Origin: Owenia fusiformis
Lineage: Eukaryota
Length of the DNA stretch: 64,000 bases
Reading direction: 5' to 3'
Assembly (NCBI GenBank): GCA_903813345.2
Contig: CAIIXF020000001.1
Location: forward strand, 10,602,001-10,666,000
How positions within the stretch are numbered: the stretch's first letter is position 1; each line of letters begins with the position of its first letter. A program made the position numbers and the translations under genes. Positions 27,701-39,895 of this stretch are shown piece by piece. Under the pieces are notes generated by a model. The model made no database searches and was not told the DNA's origin. It saw nothing but the letters and a program-made list of their open reading frames with translations.

Positions 27701-30700
27701 CAAACTGATTTCTACCTGTGTGAACTATTAAACATTGTCACATCAGGTGTGCATAAAACAGTACATTGTTGCTATACAAATAAACAATGTAAGCAACATA
27801 CTGTCGTCAGGGAAATATGCACTTAAAAGATGATATAGTTTTTCACAAGGTATTATGTAGTAGTCCATCACAGCAACTAAGACTGTTATTTTAGCAATGA
27901 GGGACAGACATATAAGAATGGACCAAATGACAGACAATTGAGCTGACATTGAAGTTGATTAAAACCATATTTATCACAGTACTGTATCATTTATGTGGTC
28001 TTCAAGCAGAAGTGTTGTAAAAAAATAAAAATGGTGTCTTATGGCTTAGGGGAGGGGGGGCTACTAAGAATAGAATTCTGCATAGTAATGTAGTTTCAGG
28101 TAAATCTGTCAGTTATAACCTCTCTTCACCTTCGTAAAATCTTAAAGATAATACAGCTCTTCTTATTCTTAAACAATAGAAGTCAATATCTTTAAAACAT
28201 GCAAGTGCTGATAACATGTGACAAAGACAGACAATTGAAATCTATTTTAAACAAATGTTGAATTGGTTAAATAAACAAATTTTGAATGATAAAGTTTTCG
28301 CATAACTGATATGTAAAAAGTATATGATTGAAATGTCTTCAAAAATCATCAAATTGACAGGAACATTACACTTCAAGTTTCAGATAATAAGACCTGAATG
28401 AAGGGAGTGTTGGATCCTCAGAATTAAGGACACTTCCTGCAAGTATGGTACATTTCAAGATATATTTTCACATGCATATAAACTAGTATAGTTCGGATAC
28501 TCGAATTAACAAATGAATTTCTTTCAAAATTTAGTATTTCAATGTTTAAGGACAATTTGTTGAACTAGATGGAATATGCAAATATATTTTGTAAAAAACG
28601 AGAAAAATCTCATGAATTCTGGCTTTTGTTTGGTCATATCCGGCATCTCGCAATAATTCGACTCCAAACCCAATCAGAAGTTTCAATTTTGAGTGACAAT
28701 GCATACTACTTCTCAAGTCTCGACCAATATTTCTATGTATACGTTAATAACTGAACCAATGAGTGTTGTCTCAAAAGTGTTGCACTTAATTCTCCACAAA
28801 ATCAACACACAAAACCATATAAGAAAAGAGCAATGACTTTTCAGATAACAAAATAAGCTTTGACCTCAATAGAAAGAATCTTTTATGTGTTGGTTTTAGT
28901 ATTATACAAAAGTACAAACTTGTTTGATGCCACTTGAAATATACAACAATTATACATTTTAAAGTTATATTATGTTATAAAATGTAAGATTGACAGAAAG
29001 ATGGCAGTAGCAGTCTGACTATTGATAAATACTATAACATACATGTTAACAAGTCAAGGAGGATTGGCTCCCAGAGTGCACCACCGATATTCTGTCCCAT
29101 ATATGGTAGCGTGACCTTTGACCTTGTTGACACGTGACAGGTTTCTTTAGCACGGAAGCCATTTTGAAACCTGTGAGGTCAAAGGTCACCGCTACCATAT
29201 ATGGGACAGAATATCGGTGGTGCATTCTGGGAGCCAATCCTCCTTGTTAACAAGTGGTACTTTTACTTTAACTTTAATTTTTGATTTCAATGCCATCTTT
29301 TAGTATATGACAATAGCTCTTGAATGTGTACCTTTATCCTGGCTGTTTTGACCCGCCCTGTATATATCATTAAATAACCTTTAAACTTTCACCAGTTTTA
29401 AAGGCCCCGTATAAAGTTTAAACCACTTTGGCTTATATTGTAGTCTTACCCAATGTTATCAAAGTGTGATATGTGAAACTTTTTTTTTAAATTCCAAAAA
29501 GTGGTTTTTGATAGACTTTTTGTTCCAAAATTTGTGAATTTATTTAAAACCAACTTTTAGAGGTCACTCATATCTTCTTATTAGCCACAATTCATACCAA
29601 TGCATAGCATTCATCCTCCCATGTTTTTTTGCAGAAAAAATTAAGAAAATCGGTTCATAAATAAGCGAGAAATGAACTTATCAGTGCATGAAAATGGTTC
29701 TGAGAAAAATGCATTTCAAAATTTTAGTTCTCATAGAAACCAATAGTACAATGATATCTAAAACATAATTTATTCTTCTTTTTAACCTGGTTAGACAATC
29801 ATCATTGTTTTTTTATGAAAGTCTAACAAATTTAGAAAAGATTGACATCGAAAAAAAAATTTCAATTTTTTTCAAAAAGTTTTTGGTACCTTAGTGACAT
29901 CACTAATGTTTCAAAATATCTTTGATATGCTAAAACATTGAAGTGGCACATTAAATATGGCATTTTATTATTGAAATAGTGTGTCCTTTGTTCAACCTTT
30001 GCATTGGTGTTAAAAAGATAATCTTTTTTGAAATGCATTAAGAAATATTTGATGATTAAGAAATTTCAACTTCTTTTGAAAAATGGCGGGAAATTTGAAT
30101 ATTTGAGAAATGAAATGCTCACAACTTTTTTTTCAAAAATTTTTTTTTGTTCAAAAATCTCTAAAATCACTTTTTAAGTCTTGACAAATAGTAAATGAAT
30201 GATAAAAAAATATTTTCAAACTTTAGACGGGGACTTTAACAGTTATGGGCCAGGCCCGTCAGACACTTCTGCCAAAGGGGATGTGGATTTTTACCCGTAC
30301 CAGAAGTAGTAGTACGATATCAGAGATATAGATCAGGTCCATTATGATCCCTTAATTTCCATTTTTCATCTGAATAGTGAATATGTAGAAGCACACCCTA
30401 CCCCCATAAATGTGGGGTCGATTAGTCGTTATTTAGATAAAAAAAATTCAACCCCAGGATTTCAATACACAAGAAATTTTGAAAAAATTTGAAAAATCAA
30501 CCACATATTTATGGGGGTAAGTAGTAAGTAAGCACTGGGTGTAATGTTGTTAAGATCATCCCCTAATGAGAGTAGTAAATGGGTCAAGTGACTATAAGAT
30601 ATAGGAATAAGGTGTATGATTGAAACACCAAAGCAACAAGTACCCACCCTACATTTTGACAATAGGCTTGCACCCACCTGAGAATCCATTTACACCTACT

Positions 30701-33006
30701 TGAAAATGAGAAAAATTGTGACAAATGGGCATATTTTGACCAATTTTAGTCTGAATTGTGAAATGGAGGATGGATACTGCTGATTGTGGGAATACACAGG
30801 CCCAAGTCTTACTTAAGTCATGTTTGACAATTCTCAGTCTCCGAACGCTAACACTCCAAGACCACATAGACTCCAACACTACCAAAACCTCACCCACAAC
30901 TGAAACCTATTCCAAATTGTGTGGTTGGATACCTTGATGAATTGAAGATGAAAATCAAGACTATGTCAGCAGTTTACTTACCTATTCTCTTGTTTTCTTC
31001 ATATCAGCAATTATTCAGGATTTATATCTAGGTTTTGAAATTGACCACCATTTTGTCTAACTACAAGATTTCAAATGGCTAACATTTGTGGGGGAGTTCT
31101 GCTATTACTAGACTAAATGTCAAAAATAAAAAATTTTAGGCAAAACACCCCCACATTCATGGGGGTATAGCCATAGTGTTGTCGTGATGTGCCATAATCG
31201 TACATCGATGCATCGGCAATTTTCAGTAGTAAACATCGATGTACATCGCGATGTACATCGAGAAAAAGTCCGAGAAAAATGCACTGAAATACCGAACGCT
31301 AATGCACTAAAATACTGAACAGAACAAATTAATAAGAGTACGCTAGTACATCTGGGAACTTCTAGTAACGGTGAAATGAAAGTAAAGTAAATTGTTTTAG
31401 ATTAATGGTTTATTTCGACTAACTAAAACAGTTTAAAAGCGAAAGAATATCAGAAAACATCAGAAAATGAAATAAGACATGAGAAAGGTAAGCGATTTGG
31501 GTCAAAATAAGATAAGAAAGGGTGATTTTTAGCAAATGAAATTTTTTAAAAAAAAATCGATGTTTTGTTTCAGACATCGATGCATCGCCAGAATCAGCTT
31601 TGGCGATGTTCATCGCGATGTATCGATTAATTGCGACAACACTAGTAGATATTAGACTATATCCTATTTAGTCTGAATTACATTCAGACTATAAGGCACC
31701 TATGTTAAAGTTTGGTAATCCTAAATATTTGTTTACATAGGAAGTGCTATTCAAAATGGCCGATTGGGTAAAATTAATTTGCACATTTGTTACTTCAACT
31801 AGCTTTATTTCCACTTGACAATATGCTGTGTTACTTTTTATTGCATTTAATTGTACCTTACTATTTAATTGAAAGGACGATTCTCGGTTTGGAGAACAGT
31901 CTCCTGGGTTAATAATTTTTTTAATGAAAAATATAGAAATATTACCCAAATTAAACTATGAATATTCAAAAGAGGACATTTAAATCTACAAGATGTAAAA
32001 TTAACAAATTGGTCTGAAGCAGGGATAACGTTCAATTTGACCGATTCAATAAAATACAAGTCTCGATTTGGGGAAAGAAGTTCATCAGTGTACTGCGCTA
32101 ATATTTTTTTTGCGAAAAATCTAGAAATATTACCCAAATTAAATTATGACTATTCAAAAAAGGACATTCAAATCTATATTATGTAAAAATATCAAATTTG
32201 TCCAAAGCAGGGATAATGCTCACTTAGATTGATGAACTTCGTTCTCCAAACCGAGAATCGTCCTTTTGTAATGTTTATTTTATTGAAGAAATGGTTCCTC
32301 TAATTGATAATTTTGTGCAAAAAACTTCACTGCAATTTCCATAGGAAAGTAGAGTCCATTTCATTGTTTAACTGCGTCAGTAAAAGCTAAAAAATCGAAA
32401 TATCATTTTGCAATAATATATGGAAAAATATATTCCTATTGTACATGAATGACATTTGTATATCTAGGATTGCTTCTAGTTTGGCTTTTAAAGTGTGTGG
32501 CCTCGTATATTTGGATGCTTCTCTGCCATGTTATTTTCAATAAGATTAACATGGCTGAAATTCTTCAAATTACGGGACGGCACAGGCTTATTGCACAAAA
32601 AACTAAAAAATCTGAAATATACAAATGTCATTCATGTACATTATGAATATACTTTTCCATATATTATTGCACAATGGTCTCCCAATTTCTTATTTTTGCC
32701 GTTCTACTGACGAAATGAAGCAGTGAAATGAACTCTAGACTAAATGTCAAAAATAAGAAATTTTAGGCAAAACACCCCCACATTCATGGGGGTATAGCCA
32801 TGTAGATATGGAAGAGGAATTTCGCATTCATAACTAGGTGTATATAATCAGCTTATAGAGTATAGTAGCCTAGAACTTCTCGTGTAGGCCTAATCATGAT
32901 TTCATGGAGAAAAAAAACAGATGTTAGGCTATGTAGCGCCCTACACTACTCCATATTCCTCCTCAGTCTACTTACCAAACATTGAAATACTGGCCGTGGC
33001 ATCCAT
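12769..33006 (-). CDS. CENPO: Centromere protein O (CCAN/COMA subunit), 286 aa, 6 coding exons
   Basis: Exons 33006-32976, 20736-20561, 19760-19637, 18649-18381, 17034-16869 and 12863-12769, all GT-AG and phase-compatible (861 nt). N-terminal coiled coil, then LCVCLDTSYKGRYFAPIYIDF...WRITNHTLPLYVPIAKLA...FLQEVQRHIFGYHVR and IALFYNDLSLHIPTSVKV, matching from memory the CENP-O/Mcm21 double-RWD motifs (human VCVCISTAFEG..LRIHHHSVPVFIPLEEIA..LLYKDLTATLPTDVTV). The first exon (MDATASISMFG) is the least certain. Confidence 0.88.
13354..13697 (+). mobile_element. Helentron-associated (HINE/DINE-1-like) non-autonomous element
   Basis: AACTAG start, short internal tandem core, GGAT/GACA microsatellite, then a 3' hairpin and ATAAT. 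Confidence 0.45.
15311..16058 (+). mobile_element. HINE-like element with tandem core repeats
   Basis: Repeated aaaatggYRgccatttt cores, (GGAT)n, then TATATCC sub-terminal motif, hairpin and GGGATAA. Confidence 0.55.
17153..17362. mobile_element. hAT-like MITE remnant (CAGTGTTCTCC...GGTCACTG); inverted fragment at ~30660-30770
   Basis: Imperfect TIRs. The internal gggtgcaagcctatt/tgcccatttt segment recurs inverted at 30660-30770. Confidence 0.45.
22205..23054. mobile_element. 850-bp fold-back (near-fully palindromic) non-autonomous transposon, Transib-like ends, 5-bp TSD
   Basis: taaac|CACCCTATGCAGACAGAGC...GCTCTGTCTGCATAGGGTG|taaac. Arms of ~415 bp meet at ~22625-22640. Confidence 0.9.
26064..26398. 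mobile_element. PIF/Harbinger-type MITE
   Basis: tta|GGGGCCGGGTCAACATTTCAATGTCC...GGACATTGAAATATTGACCCTGCCCC|tta, 3-bp TTA TSD. Confidence 0.75.
29055..29246. mobile_element. 192-bp hairpin MITE with 9-bp TSD (MULE-like)
   Basis: ttaacaagt|CAAGGAGGATTGGCTCCCAG...CTGGGAGCCAATCCTCCTTG|ttaacaagt, with ~70-bp near-perfect arms. Related fragment at ~6685. Confidence 0.8.
29402..30235. mobile_element. Kolobok-like non-autonomous DNA transposon (TTAA TSD)
   Basis: ttaa|AGGCCCCGTATAAAGTTT...AAACTTTAGACGGGGACT|ttaa, 18-bp TIR with 2 mismatches. Confidence 0.65.
31174..31644. mobile_element. hAT-like MITE (TAGTGTTGTCG...CGACAACACTA) with CATCGATG sub-terminal repeats
   Basis: 11-bp perfect TIRs and multiple catcgatg/catcgcgatg motifs near both ends. 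Confidence 0.7.
32350..32737. mobile_element. Palindromic MITE
   Basis: TAGAGTCCATTTCA...TGAAATGAACTCTA ends and ~120-bp inverted arms (gcaataatatatggaaaa / tgtacatgaatgacatttgtata). Confidence 0.65.
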
Positions 33007-36000
33007 CTCTAGGTCTGTGTAGTTTTTTCGGTTTAATTGTTCATAAAACAGAACAACGTTCGATAAATCAAGAAAAAGTTATTTTCAAATTTTTAATATT
33101 TACAAAAACCGCCTGAGATGGCAGTCTCTTGTTTCGTACTTTCTACACTAGAAGTACGAACGAAACTCATTTAACTATAACGATGCACCACAGCGCATCT
33201 TCGTTCACTCGGCTCCCGTCGGAACGCAGTGAAGACCGAGCGTGCGAAGATGCCACAGCGAATGCCTCAAGAAAAGTGCTTCAGTCACGATCATGTAGGA
33301 TACCGATCCAAACACAGTAACACTCTGGATTTTCAGTTTCTAATACGTTCACAAGGGAAACGATGAAAGACCCCCAAATTCCAGCTTGTATACGCCAAAC
33401 TGCCAAAAAATCTTCACATTTATTTATAGATGGCAGTGATGAAAAAGTGCATTAAGTACCCAGAAACAACCAGAAAGCTTCTTGAACTGGTAAAATATTC
33501 TTGCAATTTGCCCCCTCTGCCCCCTCTCTTCCCAAAAGGAAAACCATTGAAAAAATAGAATTTCTTAAGATTGTTTCAATTTCTTTTTCAATTGACACTT
33601 TCTAAGTGCCCAGAAATCACCAAATACCATTTTAAAATTGTAAAATTTTCTAGCCATTTTTCCACCAATTTTCTCCCAATAGTAATAGTAACCACCCCCT
33701 CCCAAATAATAAAATGAAAAGAATGTATGCTGTTTTTTCTCAGTTTTATTTATTGTCTAACACCAGAAATAACCAACGGAATGTTGTATCTTGGATTGGT
33801 CAAATTTCCAAGAGAGAAGGGTCACAACTTTTTCTTGCTCACTCTCCTTAGAAAGTGATTTTTGTCCAGAAAAAAGTATCTTGACTTATAATTCTTAGTA
33901 AAATTTTCTAGCATCCCCAAAATAAAAAACAATCGAAAAAATGTTTTATTATTTCCACTGAAACACATTCAGGCCTAAAGTCCGAAATAACCAAATAATA
34001 TCTTGAATTGGTAAAATGTGGGTGACTTGTTACACAATGCACCCAAAAAGATAGGAAACTCAATAAATCTAGTTATGGGGAGGTCAAAGCCATTTTAGTT
34101 TGTTTCGATCCGACAAATTTCAACATTTCAACAATATTTTTGCAATTTTGACTAGGAATGCCTTGGAAGTGTTTAAAAAAAAGATTTTATAAGTTTTGGG
34201 GAGGGGGGGGGGGTCAAACTCAAAACTGGATTTAAAGGGACAAAGTGCGTAAATGAATTCTCACTTTTGATCTTCATAGTATTTCAATGGATTAATAAGT
34301 ACCCGATCTTTCATTTGACACCAAAAAAGCTCAAACAGACCACATCAGAGTTGACACTTGATCATGACAAAATATTTTTGATGTATCAATTTATATATGT
34401 CAAGTTTTTAGCAATGCCATAGAAAGATGGCATTGCTGTTTGCATTAATAATTATCAATTCATTTTTGACAGGATTTTCAAGCATACGCCATTTTTTAAT
34501 CCAAGAGTTATTTAAAACATATATGTACTATTTGTGAAAAGTGGTAATTCACTTTTTTCAATCTCTGAACTTCAAATGTTGTTTTCTATGCAAGTAATTT
34601 TTTTTCACTTCAGTATTATCCCAAATTAAAGTTTTATCATATTTGATTGACTGTGTGAGTGACATGTCTCAAACAATATTTTGTCCTTTTTCATTCAAAA
34701 ATAGGCGCATTGCCTGTTTAATTAGTTTCTTATCCGACGATTAAACTTTTGATGCCTCTCCTTATTCCAGCTTATGCCGAAAATGTTTTCATTTATTTAT
34801 AGATTGCAATGAAATTATTGTTTGTAAAAAATTACATTAGCCTACAACGTCAGAGACATACAGTGTACTAGGAGGCTGGGGTTGAAGAACGGGTTGAGGG
34901 CGGGAGTCCAGCTTGTCGGTGCTCTATATGTCGATCGGGCGTCCTCAGTAAGTTCTGCATCAATGTGGTCGCCCCTGAGAAGCTTAGGGTGTCCAGGTTG
35001 TCTAAGGAGGGACGTACAGGTCCAGGGTGGAAACGCAGCAGACAAGTCCCCATATCGAGCAGTAGCAGGATCACGCCTGTGAATAGGCGTCGGCTTGCAG
35101 CCCTTCCAATAGAGTTGGACTCAACTCTTTTTTTTTTTTTTAAGTCCCAACCCACAAGATAAATTAAAGATAATACAGACTTGTGCAAGGCTATTTGAGA
35201 CCCAATAGTTGCATATTAGGCCTAATTAACCTTAAAATGTTAATGACCTAAAACCCATCCTGGATGACTGAGTTACGTTTTTTGGCTCTCATCTTCACCC
35301 TGTACAAGCCCATATCATCCAACATTTTTCATTTCGTATCTAAGATTATATTTTATTACTTTGCTCTTTAAATATATAGGCCGTTAGATTACATCTTTAC
35401 TTATAATGACAAACTTACATACAGCTCCAGACTGTTTCTTCATTTTTTGTATAAAACTCAAGAATTCCCATGTTGCCTTTATTTGTCTACTTGATTGTCA
35501 ATATAGAGAGACAATATGGGGTATTATCGTATGATCTGTAAAATCAAACCTTCTGATTGGTCAGTTCTTGTGCTGTATTAATCTGTATTGCTACTGAGGT
35601 TTTCCCCGTTGATTATCTCCGTCGCAATACATAAAATATTGGTACGGAGGGGACAATCTCAGTAGCAATACAGAGGATCACACGATAAAAACGTCTCGTT
35701 CCAATACAAAATTTCTCGAACAGAATATATCCTGTATTGCACTTCAAATCATTCAATAACTTATAATGTAATGCACCTTGAATTAAAATACAATTAATTT
35801 GTATAAAAGTATTTTATTAGTTGTAAAGTATACAATTTTATTATTTACATTTAATAGATGTATTTGTCCTATGTTTGTAACCTGGTCATATTTTCACGTA
35901 CCCTGACTCAGTCATCGCACCATTCGTGTGTACAGTAAAACCCGAGCCACAAATATGTTTCCACTGAAGATAGGTGATCATAGGTAATCACGTACAGAGA

Positions 36001-36472
36001 GGGTAGTTTATACAGACGTTAGAGTATGTGCAGAGGAAGGGTATCCACTAGAGTTCACTTGAGAATTGTGTTCATAAGACAGGTTTTACTGTATGTTTAT
36101 ACTGCTAAAGAACACATATTTTCACGTATTGACATTTTGAAATACTTCGAAAGCCTAATCAAGTAAAGTATATAATTGCCATACGGTGGATCCGCCCTTT
36201 ATCGCCGTTTTAATTCGATGTTTTAAAATTAACGAAATAAAATTTTAATTTCCACTTTGGAATCAGATTTTTGGAATTTATATGTTTATGATATATCCTA
36301 TCTTGAATGTAGCTCATACTATGTACAATAATGTACATGATGTTTCACAATATGTACAATATATTGAATGTATGTATATATGTCAATATGGGCATATTTA
36401 TAGCTTGATCGTATGATATAAGCCTTATATATTGGTTAAACTTGTAAGGATTATCTATTGTCACGTGGTACA

Positions 36473-39400
36473 TCATCGACCGGGGCATCCTGGGCATGGG
36501 CGCCTCCTTCGTTGCGCATCAAGAGGAGTAGAGCTAGCTCCATCTTTACCTGAAAAAGCAAAAAATAAATAAGTTGGTTTTCGTAAAAAATTATATAGAA
36601 TTCATTTGAAAAAATTGATATAATTCTTCAAGCAAAAAATCGACTCTGCTCTCAAAGTCATAAAACATCTTCCATTGATAACAAAAAGTGCTCAACAAAA
36701 CTTCGCAATACCGTTTTCTATATGAAACTATTCCATGCGTAGTTAATTTTTGAATGAGATAAATCATGTACTCTAATTTAAAATTCACTATGAGTTATCT
36801 ATTTCCCTTATTTTGTTCCATAATATTGGCGATTTTCAAAAGGTTGTTAAATATTATGAGAAACGCGTTAAGTGACAGCTAACAAGAATTCTTTTCAAGA
36901 ACGTACAAATAACAACTCAACCTCTAAAAGCCGATCACGAGAATTATTGAAAATTAAAGTTGCAAAAATCACACTTATAGATTTACCAGAAACATGGGAC
37001 GTTTACACTTTTCAAAATATTGCCAGAATAACCTTGCAACTGAAGGATTAGGATGAAATAAAGTCAGGACTATTGAACTTTTTAAAAAAGACGAGTTTTT
37101 GAATTCGAATGTTGTGAACAAGACATAGTTTAAAAAGTTGCTTAAAGCTTCAAACATAGACATGTTTCATTAACCTACACTTTCATAAGGAATATCTATG
37201 TCAAAGTTAATAGCATAGGTAGCCGACCTCTATACATCATAACATAGTAGGTAATGTCTCTTTATAAAAACAATATCTCACCTTCAAGTATGTCTATTAG
37301 GAGACGCGCAACTAGTCCAATATTATCTTTCTCGTGTTCCAGCTTTTCTCTCTCTGAAAACAGAACATAAAAAAGAAAAAATTATATAGGATTGCATTAG
37401 GTATCCATTTAATAATGAAAGGAAATGGTATGACTTGGTCAAAAGGGCATTTCTTCATACTCCATGCATGTCGAGCAAAAAAGCTGGATGTGAAGGATAA
37501 ATGGAAGGAAATAAGAAGACATTTCTATGTGAAATGACAATCTTCTAAGTTCTATATTCCATCTCCCTTAATTTCACATACATATCCATTGCGCTTACAT
37601 CCACCCTATGCAGACAGAGCCTGTGGGAAATATTGGGTGCGGCGCAAATGAGCGGAGGGTGCGGAGCTAACGGTCATTTTTGAATTTAAAATTGGGATAT
37701 TTCTGAAACTAAGCCGTTTTGGGACTTCAAATATACCAAGATATGTGTATTTGACACCAAATATCAATAAAATTGTGAAAATAGTAGTGCAATTCATTTT
37801 ATAGCGACGCAGTATGCCTTAAACATTTCCCAGACCTATATATTTTGAGACTATCCTTTTAATACTGCGTCCCCAGCATTCATAAAAAATGGTGTTCAAG
37901 ATACACTACCCATGCAAATTATTTTTGCATCTTGGAAGCCAGGCAGTATCTGTGTGATTTTATAAAAATTCGGAAATGTTCTTCAGATATGAGCCCCTCT
38001 AAATATTGGGTGCGGAGCTACGTTTATGGAGCTGCTCCGCACCCAATATTTAGAGGGGCTCATATCTGAAGAACATTTCCGAATTTTTATAAAATCACAC
38101 AGATACTGCCTGGCTTCCAAGATGCAAAAATAATTTGTATAGATAGTGCACCTTGAACACCATTTTTTATGAATGCTGGGGACTCAGTATTAAAAGGATA
38201 ATTTCAAAATATATAGGTCTGGGAAAGGTTTAAGGCACACTGCGTCGCTATAGAATGAATTGCGCTACTATTTTCACAATTGTATTGATATTTGGTGTCA
38301 AATACACATATCTTGGTATATTTGAAGTCCCAAAACGGCTTAGTTTCAGAAATATCCCAAATTTAAATTCAAAAATAACCGTTAGCTCCGCACCCTCCGC
38401 TCATTTGCTCCGCACCCAATATTTCCCACAGGCTCTGTCTGCATAGGGTGACATCGCGCTGTGATTAATTGCAAACGTATGGAAAGGCATTGGGATCATC
38501 TGGGGATCAACTGATATCTGAGAAATCTGAGAAACGAGTTAAAACAATAATACTAAGTGGGTCATCAAGGATGTAACCATGATGCAATAGCACATCATAC
38601 ACAGGCCCGTAGCCAGCTTTTGCCAAGGGGGTTCACTTTTCAAAAAAGCCAAGGGGAGTTCAAATTTGATAAAATTTGCCCAAAAAGTGCTCAGAATAGT
38701 CAAAACTGATTTTGAAAGAATCATTGGCCACCCCCCCCCCCCCCGACTACGGGCCTGTAAATTCCAATGTTGCAAAGTCCCAAGTCATGCTAAGTTTACA
38801 TTGTAGAGAACGTCATTGATCTCCATCAATGTGAATACACTAAGGTCAACATGACAGTAACACCCCACACAAAAGAAGAAAACCCATAACACAACTTTAC
38901 CACTTGAAACCTTTCCATAAAATTATGAACTGACTTTTTATTGACGAAGATATGTAAAAAACTGTACATAAATCTTTAATTCGCATTTCAAAAAGGGGTA
39001 CAGCATAAGAGAAATCCAGCTGGACGTCTGTTTATAACTCTTATTGTATAATGTTTGTCTGTAATTAATTACCCCGAAATTAAAATGTTTTCGAAAGGTC
39101 ATGTAAGGTCAAATTTCATTTTGAAATGTTTTTATAAGATGACTTCAATTTTCTGTTCCTTCGCCAATTCCTTCGATCACTTCGTGGGTTCAATCCCCAC
39201 TGCGGTGGACTGACTTTTCACACCAACCCTTAGCACAGGATTTAATTCTGTGTTTACATGTACAGTATATTAAATAATTTGAAAATAATTTGAAAACAAA
39301 GTGTAACAGACGTTCTGAGGTTTGAAACAAGTGGTAAATATTGAATACAGTAATAAAGTGTGGAGGGGTTAAATCATATTTTACAATATTTCTCATGCCG

Positions 39401-39895
39401 TAATATGGTACGTCCAACCATCAACAAATAACCCTCCTCAGGGAATAGTATATTTATATTCTTTCTGTTTGGAAAAATACCTTTTGATTCATGTTCAAAG
39501 TATGAAAACCAAGACGTATACATTCCTACGGATTGCTACAACAAAAGACTAGAATAACTTGGTATTTTACACGTACCTTCTTGAATGTATTTTTGAGCGG
39601 CTTTGAGTTCTTGTATTCCTTTCTTTAAAGTTTCTTCTGTGTTAACATCCTTTTCTATTGGTTTATTTAAGTAACTGTCCTTCCCACCAGATTCACTTCC
39701 GACGGATTCACCTTCCGTCCGTTCATTCACCGGGTTAGCATCTTTGTTAGCTCCATTTCCTTTTTTCAGAATGTTTAAGTATTGTTGAAGTATGTTCCTT
39801 AAATCTCCGAGTTCATGTTTTTGTTGTTGGTCAGATTGCACGAGACCAAATGTTAATATACAGCATAGGAATCCTAGTTTAAAGTATAAATCCAT
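36473..39895 (-). CDS. Putative secreted prepropeptide, family B paralogue 1 (155 aa), C-terminal RRRR-PCPGCP-GR*
   Basis: Exons 39895-39577, 37353-37282 and 36549-36473 (GT-AG, both introns phase 1; 468 nt). Signal peptide MDLYFKLGFLCCILTFGLVQS, charged helical pro-region, ending ...EREKLEHEKDNIGLVARLLIDILEGKDGASSTPLDAQRRRRPCPGCPGR*. Upstream non-coding exon donor at 40020/40019, acceptor at 39901/39900. Confidence 0.85.
37602..38450. mobile_element. Second copy of the 850-bp fold-back Transib-like element, in an intron of family B paralogue 1
   Basis: acatc|CACCCTATG...CATAGGGTG|acatc. Near-identical to 22205-23054 but with a different 5-bp TSD. Confidence 0.9.

Noticed and set aside
34882-35082. 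ORF containing GCPGC as a possible third family B member
   Set aside because: Opposite strand, no RRRR-P context, not C-terminal and no matching exon structure.
36473-36500. Vasopressin/oxytocin relationship from the C-P-G-R tail
   Set aside because: The ring is CxxC rather than CxxxxC, the peptide is C-terminal, and there is no neurophysin.
22209-38446. Four near-identical 63-aa ORFs (MNCxTIFTI...)
   Set aside because: By-products of the two arms of two copies of the palindromic element; no transposase similarity.
39170-39240. GGGTTCAATCCCC B-box as a tRNA gene (similar motif at ~60003)
   Set aside because: No A box or cloverleaf can be built; these are SINE-derived remnants.
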